This document shows positions 35,906 to 44,068 of a stretch of DNA of 64,000 bases, piece by piece. A program made the translations under genes and the position numbers. The stretch is from contig CBDFJR010000005.1 of the NCBI GenBank assembly GCA_965248535.1, positions 864,001 through 928,000 of the forward strand. The letters run 5' to 3'. Positions within the stretch are counted from its first letter, which is position 1; every line of letters starts with the position of its first letter. This DNA is from Phormidesmis sp. (lineage in GTDB: Bacteria; Cyanobacteriota; Cyanobacteriia; Leptolyngbyales; Leptolyngbyaceae). Under the pieces are notes generated by a model that had not been told where the DNA came from, made no database searches, and saw only the letters and a list, made by a program, of their open reading frames with translations.

Positions 35906-37105
35906 TCAACGAAGGGCGGTAGCCCGGCTAGCACAGACGGGACACCGAGCATTAGTGGCTGCTGCTGCTCGACGGGGACTGGGCGGTGCAGTGCGCTGAC
36001 GTAGAACGGCATTTCGCACGATCGCTTGCTGCACGAGTTGCGGGTTACTCAACACTCGACGACTGGCCGATGCCATGGCTTTGACGGCCAGCGCGCCGTT
36101 GATCGGTTGACCTGCTTTAGAAGCCGCTTTGAGAGTTGCAACCGTGCGCCGTTGAATCGTGGGCACCGTTCGCAGCAGTTGCCGCCCGACGGGGCCTTGC
36201 TGGCGTAGCGTCTTCACGAGTTGACTGTTGGCTTGAGCCAAAATCGGCATCACCGGACGCAAGGCCCGCCGTCCGCCCATGATCGAAATTGTGATCGGTA
36301 AGGCTGCACCTAGCGTCGTTTCTGACTCAGCTTCGGTGGCGGCTTCTGCCGATTGCGCGGCTAGAAACTCTGTCAGGGCTGCTTCTTGAGCCGATTCAGT
36401 CTGACCCACTTCGGCTTCAGCTTCGTTGGTGCCAAAAAATTCTGCTTCCATCTGTCCGGCTTCCATTTCGCCTTCTTGCACGAGCGCGCTGGTGAGTTTG
36501 GCGGCTAGGGGTCCCGCGATCGGGCCAATGCCTGGAATCAAAGCAGCCAGTTTGCCCGCCACGATCGGAGCAAATCGCTTGGCCAAGGGAGCCGCTAGTT
36601 TGGCAACTTTGCCAATGCCTCGTTTAACCGCCCGAAACGCTTTCTTAAAGAAATATTCTCCCTCGTCTTCAGGATTGGAGTATGGATTGGAGTAGGGATT
36701 AGAGTACGAATTGCTGTAATGAGCAGCTTCGTGGCTAGTTTCCCACTCATCCTCAAACTCAGGATTGGAGTATGGATTGGAGTAATGAGCGGCTTCGTGA
36801 TTAGTCTCCCACTCATCCTCAAACTCATGGCTGGCTTGGGGATTGGAGTAATGAGCAGCTTCGTGGCTAGTTTCCCACTCATCTTCAAACTCAGGATTAG
36901 AGTAGGGATTGGAGTAATGAGCGGCTTCGTGATTAGTCTCCCACTCATCCTCAAATTCAGGATTGGCTTGGGGATTGGAGTAATGGGCAGCTTCGTGATT
37001 TGTTTCCCATTCATCCTCAAACTCAGGGTTAGAGTAGGGATTGCTGTAGTGGGCGGCTTCGTGAGAAACCGGGGCCTCAAACATTGCTTGGTGTTGCGTT
37101 GCCAT
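35906..37105 (-). CDS. Acidic-repeat protein with MFEAP leader and cationic amphipathic segment
   Basis: Start MATQHQAMFEAP at ATG 37105 after a GGAGAG RBS; tandem HEAAHYSNPYSNPEFEDEWET repeats, then FFKKAFRAVKRGIGKVAK...; C-terminal CPVC. Confidence 0.85.
   Translation of the reverse strand: MATQHQAMFEAPVSHEAAHYSNPYSNPEFEDEWETNHEAAHYSNPQANPEFEDEWETNHEAAHYSNPYSNPEFEDEWETSHEAAHYSNPQASHEFEDEWETNHEAAHYSNPYSNPEFEDEWETSHEAAHYSNSYSNPYSNPYSNPEDEGEYFFKKAFRAVKRGIGKVAKLAAPLAKRFAPIVAGKLAALIPGIGPIAGPLAAKLTSALVQEGEMEAGQMEAEFFGTNEAEAEVGQTESAQEAALTEFLAAQSAEAATEAESETTLGAALPITISIMGGRRALRPVMPILAQANSQLVKTLRQQGPVGRQLLRTVPTIQRRTVATLKAASKAGQPINGALAVKAMASASRRVLSNPQLVQQAIVRNAVLRQRTAPPSPRRAAAATNARCPVCASRATALR
36656..37063 (-). 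repeat. Coding tandem repeat: five 66-bp units plus a degenerate sixth
   Basis: Units encode HEAAHYSNP(YS/QA)(NP/SH)EFEDEWET(N/S); the sixth has an expanded YSNP tract. Confidence 0.95.
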
Positions 37106-37903
37106 TTGTAAAACTCTCCGTATGAATTTAGGGGCGCAAATTGTTGAACTACGATCGTCGAAAGGTTCCAAGAAGCGTTTGGGCAACGATCGGGGCGAGA
37201 CGCTTGGCAAAGGGTGCAGTCATGGCGACTTATCGGATGGTTTGAAGGACTTTTTGAACGGAGTCCAACTCCCACTCACGCGCCATTGTGAAATGAGTGT
37301 AATGCGACGCTTGCGGGATTTCCAGTTTGAATTTATGCCCCGGATGGGAATCAGGTCTAAAACTATGGGTTGCTCTGAACGTCTCCCGCTCATCTGAACG
37401 TTGCGGATAGGAATAGTGAATTGCTTCAACCGTTGCGCTTCCGATATTTACACCTTTTTTCTTACCATTCGCGTATCCGTTCATTCGGATATTCTTCCAA
37501 CATAGGCGATCGAACTAATAGACTGTTCGTTCTCTATATAACCACTGCTATCTCTCAGAGTGCAGTCCCTTTTTTAAGGGTCGCTTATGTTTAGTAGCGC
37601 AAACGAGTGTCGTTCAAATAAGGGACGGGCGATCGGGCAGTTCCATGATTTCATTGAAACCAGAGGCAGGCTCAAAAAGTCAGCGTTTTTAGCCCATTTT
37701 GATTCTGACCGCCACTGCAAAGTACCCGTTCGGGCGATTGTCTTTTGGTCTTATTCATTGCACAATACAGGGTTTAGTATCAACTGAGTTCAGCTATCAG
37801 CATTCACCGAACACGGGTATCGCTAGTTTCTCTGCTCGCGCCATATTGTCTTCTTTCAGTTCGCTCTCGAAGCTTTCCGCTCCAGTAGCTTAAGGAGATA
37901 CTA

Positions 37904-38326
37904 ATGGATCTTGATAATAAAAAACCAACTCCAGAAATTCAGAATTCTGTGTCGTTAGAGCAAGAAGTTTTGCTGAACTGTTTAGTTAGAAAAGTGTCTC
38001 ATGTCGCCCCTCTAAAGCGTCTTCAAACGACTGAAGAGACGGTCAACGAAGTGATCATTGAATCAGATATTGATGGCACCCATTATTATCTAGTTCGCTG
38101 CACACCAAAGTTAGCCTGCTCGGTTAGTTTAAGTCCGCGAGAGTTAGCGATCGCTCGTCTGGTTTCTCAAGGGTTTCCCAACAAGTGTGTTGGCAGTCAA
38201 CTCAACATTAGCCCCTGGACGGTTGCAACTCATCTGCGCCGCATCTTTGGTAAGCTAAACGTCAACTCAAGAACTGCGATGGTGTCAAAACTTATGGAAA
38301 TAGGAATTCTATTGCAAAAAAGTTGA
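37904..38326 (+). CDS. LuxR-family HTH regulator without a receiver domain
   Basis: LSPRELAIARLVSQGFPNK.....L.ISPWTVATHLRRIFGKLNVNSR; AAGGAG RBS; divergent from the operon. Confidence 0.88.
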   Translation: MDLDNKKPTPEIQNSVSLEQEVLLNCLVRKVSHVAPLKRLQTTEETVNEVIIESDIDGTHYYLVRCTPKLACSVSLSPRELAIARLVSQGFPNKCVGSQLNISPWTVATHLRRIFGKLNVNSRTAMVSKLMEIGILLQKS

Positions 38327-38427
38327 GCTATGTCAGCAAGTTAACTCGGTCAAGCGATCGAATAGTTTCGGACTCTTGCCCGTAGAATGGAGGAGCAAAC
38401 ACCAGCACTGCCAATTGAGCAAGCATT

Positions 38428-39027
38428 ATGGCGTATAGCGATTTCACTGTTGGTAAGGTAAAGCAAACCTTCGGAATCCAGACAATCGAAGGGAAACCTT
38501 TCTTTCCGACGATCGTCCCCGTTGCGCCTAGTTCTACTTTGATCGAAATCTTAGATGAAACCCTGCCGCTTGCGGTTGCACTGCCTAGTGAAAAGGCAAA
38601 ATCTGAACTCATTATTAGCCCAATTTTGGTTGAAGTGCGGAAATACCTTAAGCACCAAGTGAGCCTATTTTCAGGACAGGATTTTACGGTTGATGTGAAT
38701 GTAGGACTCTCTGGAATTTGTGATTTTCTGATTAGCCAATCGCCAGAGCAGTTAGAAATTGAGTCTCCGGTAGTCGTCTTAGTAGAAGCGAAGAGAGCAG
38801 ATATCAATAGCGGTATGGGGCAGTGTATGGCTGAAATGGTCGCTGCACAGCAGTTTAATCAGCAAGCTGGACAGCCACCGAAACCCGTTTATGGCTGTGT
38901 CACTAGTGGACTGTTATGGCGCTTTCTCAAGCTCGAAGGGAATCAGATGACGGTGGATCTGAGAGATTATTCCTTAGAGCCACTCTCAGACTTGCTGGGT
39001 AAACTGGTTTGGATGTGCGGCGTATAG
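38428..39027 (+). CDS. Cyanobacterial hypothetical protein, PD-(D/E)xK-like
   Basis: SEKAKSELII.PIL, G.CDFLIS, VLVEAK, GQC.AEMVAA, YGCVTSG..W.F. Confidence 0.65.
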   Translation: MAYSDFTVGKVKQTFGIQTIEGKPFFPTIVPVAPSSTLIEILDETLPLAVALPSEKAKSELIISPILVEVRKYLKHQVSLFSGQDFTVDVNVGLSGICDFLISQSPEQLEIESPVVVLVEAKRADINSGMGQCMAEMVAAQQFNQQAGQPPKPVYGCVTSGLLWRFLKLEGNQMTVDLRDYSLEPLSDLLGKLVWMCGV

Positions 39028-39083
39028 GAGAAGAGATACGATCGTGGTCACAAGCCTACCCAAATTGACAGCTTTAGTCTGGG

Positions 39084-39470
39084 TTAGGCAGGCTGATTTA
39101 GCTTCTCAGCAGGTTGTGTCAAGGCGATTAGTAGGAGAGCGATCGTAGCGGGCAATGCTTGCACAAACAGAATCGACAGCTTGACGGTAATGGCTCCATA
39201 TACGCCAGCGATGACTACGCAAAGTAGGAAAAACACGCTAATAGAAACATCTTCTCGTTTGGCAAATCGTGCCCAGAGCAATCCAATTGCGAGAAACCCG
39301 TTGTAAAACCCTTGATTTGCAGCTAAAGGTGCCGTGAAAATCGCCTGTTGTGGGGTGAGATTGAAGAGCGTGCTAATCGTTGGCGTTGTCCATAAGAACA
39401 TCTCCATGACCAGAAAGGTGAGATGTAATAGGATCACTAACCCGATCGCTGCATTGGTAATTTTATTCAT
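39084..39470 (-). CDS. DUF1304-like membrane protein
   Basis: H..FL.MEMFLW, AANQGFYNGFLA.GL, YGA.T...IL.VQALPA. Confidence 0.8.
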   Translation of the reverse strand: MNKITNAAIGLVILLHLTFLVMEMFLWTTPTISTLFNLTPQQAIFTAPLAANQGFYNGFLAIGLLWARFAKREDVSISVFFLLCVVIAGVYGAITVKLSILFVQALPATIALLLIALTQPAEKLNQPA

Positions 39471-39491
39471 GATGAAAGCTCCTTTAGTTTG

Positions 39492-40469
39492 TTACGATTT
39501 TCTAATTATTTTGAGGCGAGTTGGAGCACCATTCTTAGCACCATCAAAGACAATCAGAACTTCGTAGTGGACTTCATTGCCTGACGTACTTTCCGCTAGT
39601 AGAGCAAGTCCCTCAGCCTTAGTATTCTCATACACGGGAATCTCTCCCAGAAGCTTGATTTGCCCAACCTTACCCGATGTGCGAGTACCCGGCAAACAGT
39701 CTTCACCATCCCAGAAATAAGCTTGGTATGAACCCGGCCCATCCCCCATTGGGCCAGCCAGAATCAAAAACCCCTCGCTAACTCGTGTAATATCCCGAAC
39801 GCCTCGCCCATCTAAGTTTATAAAAACTAAATCTGCTCCAGCTATTGGTTTGGAAAACTTGCACTTCAAGATCGGTACCCAGTTTTCCCGGAGCACTGGC
39901 CCACGGAAACCAATGTATAGCTGTTCATCACGAACTGCGATTCCTTCGATATCAACGCCGTTCTCCTTACTTGGAATGTGGCTGAAGCGATTTAGCAACG
40001 GATTGGTATCGATGATGGAACGTAAGTTAGTCTCCTCAAGTGCTGAGACATTGCCACCAGCATCTAACTGAAAGCGAAACAAACAATCGCGATCCGGTTC
40101 TGATTCTACTGCCCCCGCAGAGAACATAGTTTCCTGATTAGCTTGGTAAGACTTTTTTGGATCAATCTTCTTTCTTTTCCACGAGTGAGAACCTACCACA
40201 TAGACCGTATTATTCTCACGGGCGATCCCCTCGATATCTATCTCTTCTTTTGCGATATCTAGCTCGATACCACTGCCTACAGTTTGGTAGCTGCTGCCAT
40301 TAAGCTTTAGGATTTTCACCTTGTTCCCCTCATCAGCCCCAATGATCAGGAGCTTATCCATCACTTCAATGGCACTGATGTTCTCATTCTGATTCTTTTT
40401 ATTGTCGTCACCGTCATAAATGTTTCTGATGATGTTGACAGTCCCTAAAAATGAGATTGATGATGTCAT
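39492..40469 (-). CDS. DUF3616-like beta-propeller protein
   Basis: EIDIEGIA, VVGSHS.KRKK, PSKENGVDIEGIA, IGFRGPVLR, LDGRGVRD, KAEGL. Confidence 0.75.
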   Translation of the reverse strand: MTSSISFLGTVNIIRNIYDGDDNKKNQNENISAIEVMDKLLIIGADEGNKVKILKLNGSSYQTVGSGIELDIAKEEIDIEGIARENNTVYVVGSHSWKRKKIDPKKSYQANQETMFSAGAVESEPDRDCLFRFQLDAGGNVSALEETNLRSIIDTNPLLNRFSHIPSKENGVDIEGIAVRDEQLYIGFRGPVLRENWVPILKCKFSKPIAGADLVFINLDGRGVRDITRVSEGFLILAGPMGDGPGSYQAYFWDGEDCLPGTRTSGKVGQIKLLGEIPVYENTKAEGLALLAESTSGNEVHYEVLIVFDGAKNGAPTRLKIIRKS

Positions 40470-40630
40470 AATTTTTCCTGTTTTTCAAGGATTGCAGTTT
40501 TTCAAGGATTGCAGATCTTCTGTAGGTTGGGTTTACGTAGGGAAATCCAACCTACGGTGAGAAGCGATCGCCCTCAGCCCATAGCAAAGGGGCGATCGCG
40601 CTCAACAAGTGCTACAAGTTTACAGTGTGA

Positions 40631-41212
40631 TTAAACACGGAAGCGAATATATGGCTGATAGGTATTTGGCATAGAAACACACTTTTCGCGGGTGTGACCA
40701 GGATTTTTCCATGTGGGGGCCGGAACTTGCAAACATTCTGCCCGATTGTAGGTTGCTCGCCCTGCTTCAAGCGTAGTTCCTGCTATGGACAACCCAACCT
40801 GCTTACCGTTGAACGATGCACGGATAGCAGAGAGAAGTTTGTTGACTGTCAACTCCCGCCGTAGATTGGTTGCCATTTGTGGAGATTTCACGGCTGCTCC
40901 GCTAATCACTCTCTCCAGCGAACCACTTGCAAAGTTCTTAAAGTAGGCCGATGTTGCACCTCCTTTAGAAACGGCAACATCAGTAGCGATAACGGCTGCA
41001 AGTTTCATGTACTCAGCATGACTAAATTCTGTCGAGTAGACGACCGTCCAACCGTTATTAGCAAGGCTCTGTTCCACCTCTGGTCGATTGGTCTTGTGAT
41101 AAGCGGAAGCCTTGTCCGAGAAGCCTAAAGCTCCAGTCAATGAGACTCCAGTGATTAGAGATAGGGAAGCAAGTTTTGCAACAATTGATCGGGATTGAAA
41201 AATCGTTTTCAT
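40631..41212 (-). CDS. Secreted hypothetical protein
   Basis: Sec-type signal ending in ASA; Cys pair near the C-terminus. Confidence 0.65.
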   Translation of the reverse strand: MKTIFQSRSIVAKLASLSLITGVSLTGALGFSDKASAYHKTNRPEVEQSLANNGWTVVYSTEFSHAEYMKLAAVIATDVAVSKGGATSAYFKNFASGSLERVISGAAVKSPQMATNLRRELTVNKLLSAIRASFNGKQVGLSIAGTTLEAGRATYNRAECLQVPAPTWKNPGHTREKCVSMPNTYQPYIRFRV

Positions 41213-41298
41213 CCTGTTACCTCAGCGCGAGATGTAGTAGTGAACGCACCAAATTTAACCGCTCTAGATAAATCTTGGCGGTCGGTGAAAGGTCAGAT

Positions 41299-41510
41299 AA
41301 AAGTCAGATGACCTCTGTAAAGTTACTGAAAGTCTCTCCGAGCTTTATCTAGAGATGAGAATTCTTGGGTAAATATAATCGCTAGCCTTTGCCACTCGTC
41401 TCAACGATGACGATCGCCGAAACCATCCAAACGATCGCTCGCCTACTCCCGCAGGGACACCTGACCAAGATTCAGAAAATTGTGTCCTGGCAATCCTGAG
41501 ACAGGCGATC
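41299..41510 (+). repeat. Diverged copy of the promoter and 5' end of the NB-ARC/WD40 gene (partner at ~43959-44172)
   Basis: Both copies contain AAAGTCAGATGA.CTCTGTAAAGTTACTG...TTTATCTAGAGATGAGAATT...ATGACGATCGCC.AAACCATCCAAACGATCG; this copy encodes MTIAETIQTIARLLPQGHLTKIQKIVSWQS* (41407-41499). Confidence 0.9.
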
Positions 41511-41611
41511 GCAAGCAAGGAAATTGAATGGGTGCCTTATTGCTATAAACGCACTCTACTGAAGCGACGATCGCAACGTGCGATTGGGTAAATCAGGGGG
41601 AGTCGATCGCG

Positions 41612-42719
41612 ATGATTTTGATTATTCAAGAACGTGCAACACCAGAGCAAATGCGGCAAATGCTTCTGGAGTTGGGGATTTATATTAAAATTGGGCGTTG
41701 CATAATGAGGGTATGAATTAGGGTGAATTGGCATGGAATGTCCCGAATGCAACTCAACTCATATCCGTAAAAATGGAATCAAGAAAAGTAAGCAAAATCA
41801 CATTTGCGTCGATTGTGGTCGGCAATTTATTAATGTTTACGCCCCGCCCCAAGGCTATAGTGATGCGATGAAACGGGAATGTCTCAAAATGTATGTCAAC
41901 GGCATGGGTTTTCGGGGGATTGAGCGGGTTAAAGGCGTGCATCATACCACCCTGATTACTTGGGTCAGACAAGTCGGCGAACGCCTGCCGAATGCTTACT
42001 CTCCTGACAAAATACCCGAAGTCGGTGAGTTGGATGAATTGGAAACCTTCATTGGTCAAAAAAAACAAAATCTGGATCTGGACGGCCGTTGACCACTTCA
42101 GCCAAGGCATTTTAGGTTGGGTCTTAGGCGACCATAGTGCGGATACGTTCCGTCCGTTATGGACTATTGTGGCAACTTGGCAGTGCTATTTCTATGTCAC
42201 AGATGGTTGGTCAGTCTATCCCGGTTTCATTCCCGACGGTGACCAAATTATTTGCAAGACCTACATGACCCGCGTAGAAGGCGAAAATACGAGATTGAGA
42301 CACTATCTAGCTCGATTACATCGCCAGACACTTTGTTATTCCAAGTCAGCAGAAATGCTAGCATACTCGATTCGATTGTTACTTCACTACCTAAAATTTG
42401 GAGATGTCCCCGTAGCCCCGCTTGATTCATACCTTTATTCAGCAACGCCAAAATTGCAGTGGATGTTCAGCGAAAGATTTTGGCCGGAGGCGGGGAACTT
42501 CATGCAGATTGTGAGCGTGTTTTACTTAAGCATGGCAGCCACCAAGCGGCGCTTTGGGGGGCAGACTGGTATCCACTGAAGCAGGCGATCGGCTACGAAT
42601 CGATTATCAATATCCGGTCTGGTGATCACAACTGTTCCATGGAAGTCCAAGATCCTAAGTTGCGATCGCAAATGCATCAAATTATTCATGCACTGATGGG
42701 AGGTGTCGCATGGCAATAA
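41612..42719 (+). pseudogene. DUF5674-like gene interrupted by IS1
   Basis: Removing the IS and one target copy gives MILIIQERATPEQMRQMLLELGIYIKIAVDVQRKILAGGGELHADCE...LWGADWYP...INIR. Confidence 0.85.
41694..42449 (+). mobile_element. IS1-family insertion sequence (756 bp)
   Basis: Imperfect terminal IRs GGCGTTGCATAATGAGGGTATGAAT / ATTCATACCTTTATTCAGCAACGCC; AAAATTG duplicated on both flanks; InsA (CPECNS...CVDCGRQF, from 41733) and InsB (WIWTAVD, TDGW.VY, RVEGENTRLRHYLARL) joined by an A8C slippery run at 42058-42066. Confidence 0.95.
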
Positions 42720-43081
42720 ATTGGGAAATGCTGAAGACACGTTATTTACGAGCCGACCTAAGGGTGCAGCTAGAGAGTTTGGTGCTTAATCTCACGCGGA
42801 TTCAAACACTGGCAGAGAATCATGACGGGGAAGCGGTTGCAAAGCATTTGGTGCGGGAGAGTCAGTTTTTCATTGAATGGACAGTTTCGAGCTTGGATTT
42901 GGAACAGAACATCATCATGGCAACGGATCTGGTAGATCTTCAACGTCAGCTTAGTGGATGGAAGTTGGATTGGTCAGAGTGTTGGAAAAATCTTCAGCAA
43001 CGGCAACAAATTGCACAACTGTCGCAGCAGTGGTGCGATCGCCTGGGAAATCTCCCTATGCCGTTGATCCAAGCGTTGTAA
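42710..43081 (+). CDS. Hypothetical protein coupled to the DUF5674-like gene
   Basis: Overlaps the upstream stop; RYLR...L..L..NL.RI, ESQFFIEWT, LV.LQRQL..W. Confidence 0.7.
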   Translation: MAINWEMLKTRYLRADLRVQLESLVLNLTRIQTLAENHDGEAVAKHLVRESQFFIEWTVSSLDLEQNIIMATDLVDLQRQLSGWKLDWSECWKNLQQRQQIAQLSQQWCDRLGNLPMPLIQAL

Positions 43082-43280
43082 AGATAATTACGGGAAGGAA
43101 CGAAGCGATCGCGCTTCTAGCCATCAAAAAGCGATCGCCCTCTGGATGGGAAAGGGCGATCGTCAGACGGCCCAATCGACAATTACTTCGGCAAACGGAT
43201 CGTTACTGAATAGGGTGCGTTTGCAGCAACAAGGCATCCTACAAGATCGGCGATCGCAACGTGCGATTGGCAAGATGGTT

Positions 43281-43631
43281 TCATCCATAGCCTAGTGTCA
43301 GCAAAACAGTTTCTTCGAGTTGGGCGATCGTAAATGGAGAAAGCTGTCCGAGTGGTTTGATGAGGCGAGTTTTATCCAAGACACGAAGTTGGAAGCAGAG
43401 AGCAACAGATGCTTGGGTGAGTCCGCCTTCGCCTTTAGGAATTGCTAAACAGATCGGGAGGGAGGCTCGACGCTGGTTGATGGTAAGTGGGATGGTAAGG
43501 ATGGTGCTGGAATATTGGGAAACGAGATCATTTTGGAAAATGATGACAGGTCTGATGCCTGACTGTTCTGAGCCTTGGGTAGGGTTCAGATCGGCGATCC
43601 AAATTTCACCCCGAAGTATCCGTTGACTCAT
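43281..43631 (-). CDS. PemK/MazF-family toxin
   Basis: RGEIWIADLNPTQGSEQSGIRPVII.QND, IPLT, QLRVLDKTRL. Confidence 0.9.
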   Translation of the reverse strand: MSQRILRGEIWIADLNPTQGSEQSGIRPVIIFQNDLVSQYSSTILTIPLTINQRRASLPICLAIPKGEGGLTQASVALCFQLRVLDKTRLIKPLGQLSPFTIAQLEETVLLTLGYG

Positions 43632-43858
43632 GATTCGTCTTCGTGAGCGAGGAGGATGGCGTAGTCACTCATGCCCGCTTCAGACATGGCTCGATCGTCG
43701 TCGGCAAATTCAGCCAGGGCAGCGAATTGATTTGGCTCGATCGATCGCGTAGCATGATCGCGAAATTGGAGGAAGGCGATGAAATCGGCAACTTGTTGAA
43801 GTTGATGGCTGTTGAGACGATCGATATCTTGTTTGAGGTGTTCGCGAGTGAGTTGCAT
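43628..43858 (-). CDS. Putative antitoxin
   Basis: 76 aa, acidic C-terminus, ATGA overlap directly upstream of the MazF-like gene. Confidence 0.7.
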   Translation of the reverse strand: MQLTREHLKQDIDRLNSHQLQQVADFIAFLQFRDHATRSIEPNQFAALAEFADDDRAMSEAGMSDYAILLAHEDES

Positions 43859-44068
43859 AGCGATCGACGTGCGGATAGTAGCTCAATTTTATCGCATCGA
43901 TTGCTGGGCTTATGCCCAAAAAAACGATCGCTCTGAATAGTTAATGTGGCGATCTCTAAAAAAGTCAGATGATCTCTGTAAAGTTACTGGAAATTTCTCC
44001 AGGATTTATCTAGAGATGAGAATTATTCGGTGAATATAATTACCAATACCTTGTCATTCACCTCAGTC

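Noticed and set aside
36656..37063. CRISPR array
   Set aside because: The units are contiguous, in frame and near-identical with no unique spacers, and no cas genes are present; it is a coding repeat.
26219..37105. Known RiPP cluster, eCIS, T6SS or prophage
   Set aside because: No recognisable YcaO, ATP-grasp, radical SAM, lanthipeptide, sheath, tube, baseplate, terminase or integrase motifs; remote homology cannot be excluded by eye.
36595..37275. 226-aa alternative-frame ORF and 130-aa antisense ORF
   Set aside because: Open only because of the 66-bp repeat; the acidic frame has the RBS and the shared leader.
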